A stretch of DNA of 64,000 nucleotides from an uncultured Dehalococcoidales bacterium. GTDB lineage: Bacteria > Chloroflexota > Dehalococcoidia > GIF9 > UBA5629. Positions 63,132 to 64,000 of this stretch are shown here, piece after piece; the first letter of the stretch is position 1; each line of letters starts with the position of its first letter. The stretch is taken from contig CAYTIC010000001.1 in NCBI GenBank assembly GCA_964437795.1, forward strand, positions 86,864-150,863, written 5' to 3'. Made by a program: the position numbers and the translations under genes. Under the pieces are notes generated by a model that was not told the origin of the DNA, searched no databases, and saw nothing but the letters and a program-made list of their open reading frames with translations.

Positions 63132-64000
63132 CTATCTTACATCAATGCTTTTGTTCGCTGCCGGGAAAACGTCCAGCATCACGAAGACCTGCGTTTTTGC
63201 CGGCAATGTTGTCGCAGCAGGTATGGACAGCGTGACGGACTTGAGGTTCCCGTCCGCGCCGGCCTGCATAGCAGTATTGGCCAGGTAGTCCATATAGACG
63301 GCCTCGGTCTTCTGGGGGTCCACCAGCAGCAGCGCGGCCCGGTGGCCGGTTATGGGATAGGAGACGCCGGGATCTACGCTAAATTCAGCCGTCACCTGTC
63401 CGGCGGCTTTTCCGTCCGACGGCTTGAAGTCGATCCCGGCCACGTGTACACCCTGCGGCGCGCGGTTGGCCGTTCCATCGTAGGGACGCGTTACGTATGT
63501 GCCGGAGACCAGCAGCTTCTGGTACCAGTTGTTGGCCAGGCCGGCGATTACCATGTACGGCCCGAATGTGGGTATACCGAGCGTATCGGTGTCTGCGAAG
63601 GCGGCAGCGTAAGACGTACTGCCCTCGGCGTCAAGGCGGCCCCTCAACTCGAAAAGGTTGAAAGGTATCTTGATGCCCGTGATGGCCATGGGGAAGTTCT
63701 GGTCCTGTAATATGAGATCGGACCCCAGGTAACATCCGTTCAGAGGTATGGCGAAATCGCCGGCGGGGTCCGCCATCAGGTTGCCTTTGTCGTCATGCCT
63801 GGCGCCGATGGCCCAGAGAATTAATTTGCCGCGGCCGTCCGCATCCGGCGCCGCTATGGCCACCGGCCCGATCAGCCAGTCGATATAGTCGAAACCTATC
63901 TGGTTGAGGCTGGGCAGCATGGTGGGAATGGGCGCCGCCAGGCGCGTCCATTCCAGGCCGGTCACCTTATCTTCCGCAATGCTTAAAGGCAGTGTCCCGG
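63132..64000 (-). CDS. hypothetical protein, 5' end beyond the right window edge
   Basis: The reading frame stays open from 64000 down to the stop at 63132 (checked by hand upstream of the GTG at 63965). No motif recognised. Confidence 0.4.
   Translation of the reverse strand, partial: GTLPLSIAEDKVTGLEWTRLAAPIPTMLPSLNQIGFDYIDWLIGPVAIAAPDADGRGKLILWAIGARHDDKGNLMADPAGDFAIPLNGCYLGSDLILQDQNFPMAITGIKIPFNLFELRGRLDAEGSTSYAAAFADTDTLGIPTFGPYMVIAGLANNWYQKLLVSGTYVTRPYDGTANRAPQGVHVAGIDFKPSDGKAAGQVTAEFSVDPGVSYPITGHRAALLLVDPQKTEAVYMDYLANTAMQAGADGNLKSVTLSIPAATTLPAKTQVFVMLDVFPAANKSIDVR

Overview
This is 64 kb of a moderately GC-rich bacterial chromosome with an anaerobe-type gene inventory: HdrA-like flavoproteins, AprBA, an Isf-type flavoprotein, an OYE/Fe-S reductase and a split transketolase. 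The lineage cannot be fixed from sequence alone; the content is reminiscent of sediment Chloroflexota or Desulfobacterota. All family calls come from motifs read in the supplied translations and from my own hand translation and folding. No database search was possible.

I call about 65 CDS, 8 tRNAs, 2 displaced tRNA 3' fragments, 6 sigma70-like promoters and 2 terminators. The layout is:
- 0-4.7 kb: thpR fragment, amidohydrolase, split transketolase, MscS.
- 4.7-7.0 kb: a small AT-rich island inserted in tRNA-Leu(TAA), followed by a five-tRNA array.
- 7.6-18.3 kb: nitroreductase-fold lipoprotein, IscS-like/IscU/Zn-ribbon/TusA, nadA, ThiN, MacB-type ABC transporter, ThiF-MoaD pair.
- 18.3-25 kb: glpK-glpD, acyl-CoA ligase, Ig-repeat surface protein.
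- 27.2-37.4 kb: a 10.1-kb integrase-less island in tRNA-Gly(TCC) carrying a PadR-controlled CoA-dependent catabolic operon.
- 39.9-44.2 kb: a second TetR-controlled CoA module.
- 45.1-55.5 kb: the stand-out locus.
- 55.7-64 kb: an atypical LuxR-type regulator and an MFS transporter adjoining the stand-out locus, then acyl-CoA ligase, SDR, penicillin-acylase family protein and one edge-truncated unknown.

The stand-out is a tightly packed eight-gene minus-strand operon. A cytoplasmic arylsulfotransferase-like beta-propeller, a non-canonical sulfatase-superfamily enzyme and a CysD-like PP-loop enzyme sit directly upstream of aprBA-qmoAB and a soluble HdrD-like protein. No sat, cysN or dsr gene is present in the window. 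I propose it as a candidate organosulfate-to-APS module; this is a hypothesis, not a demonstrated function.
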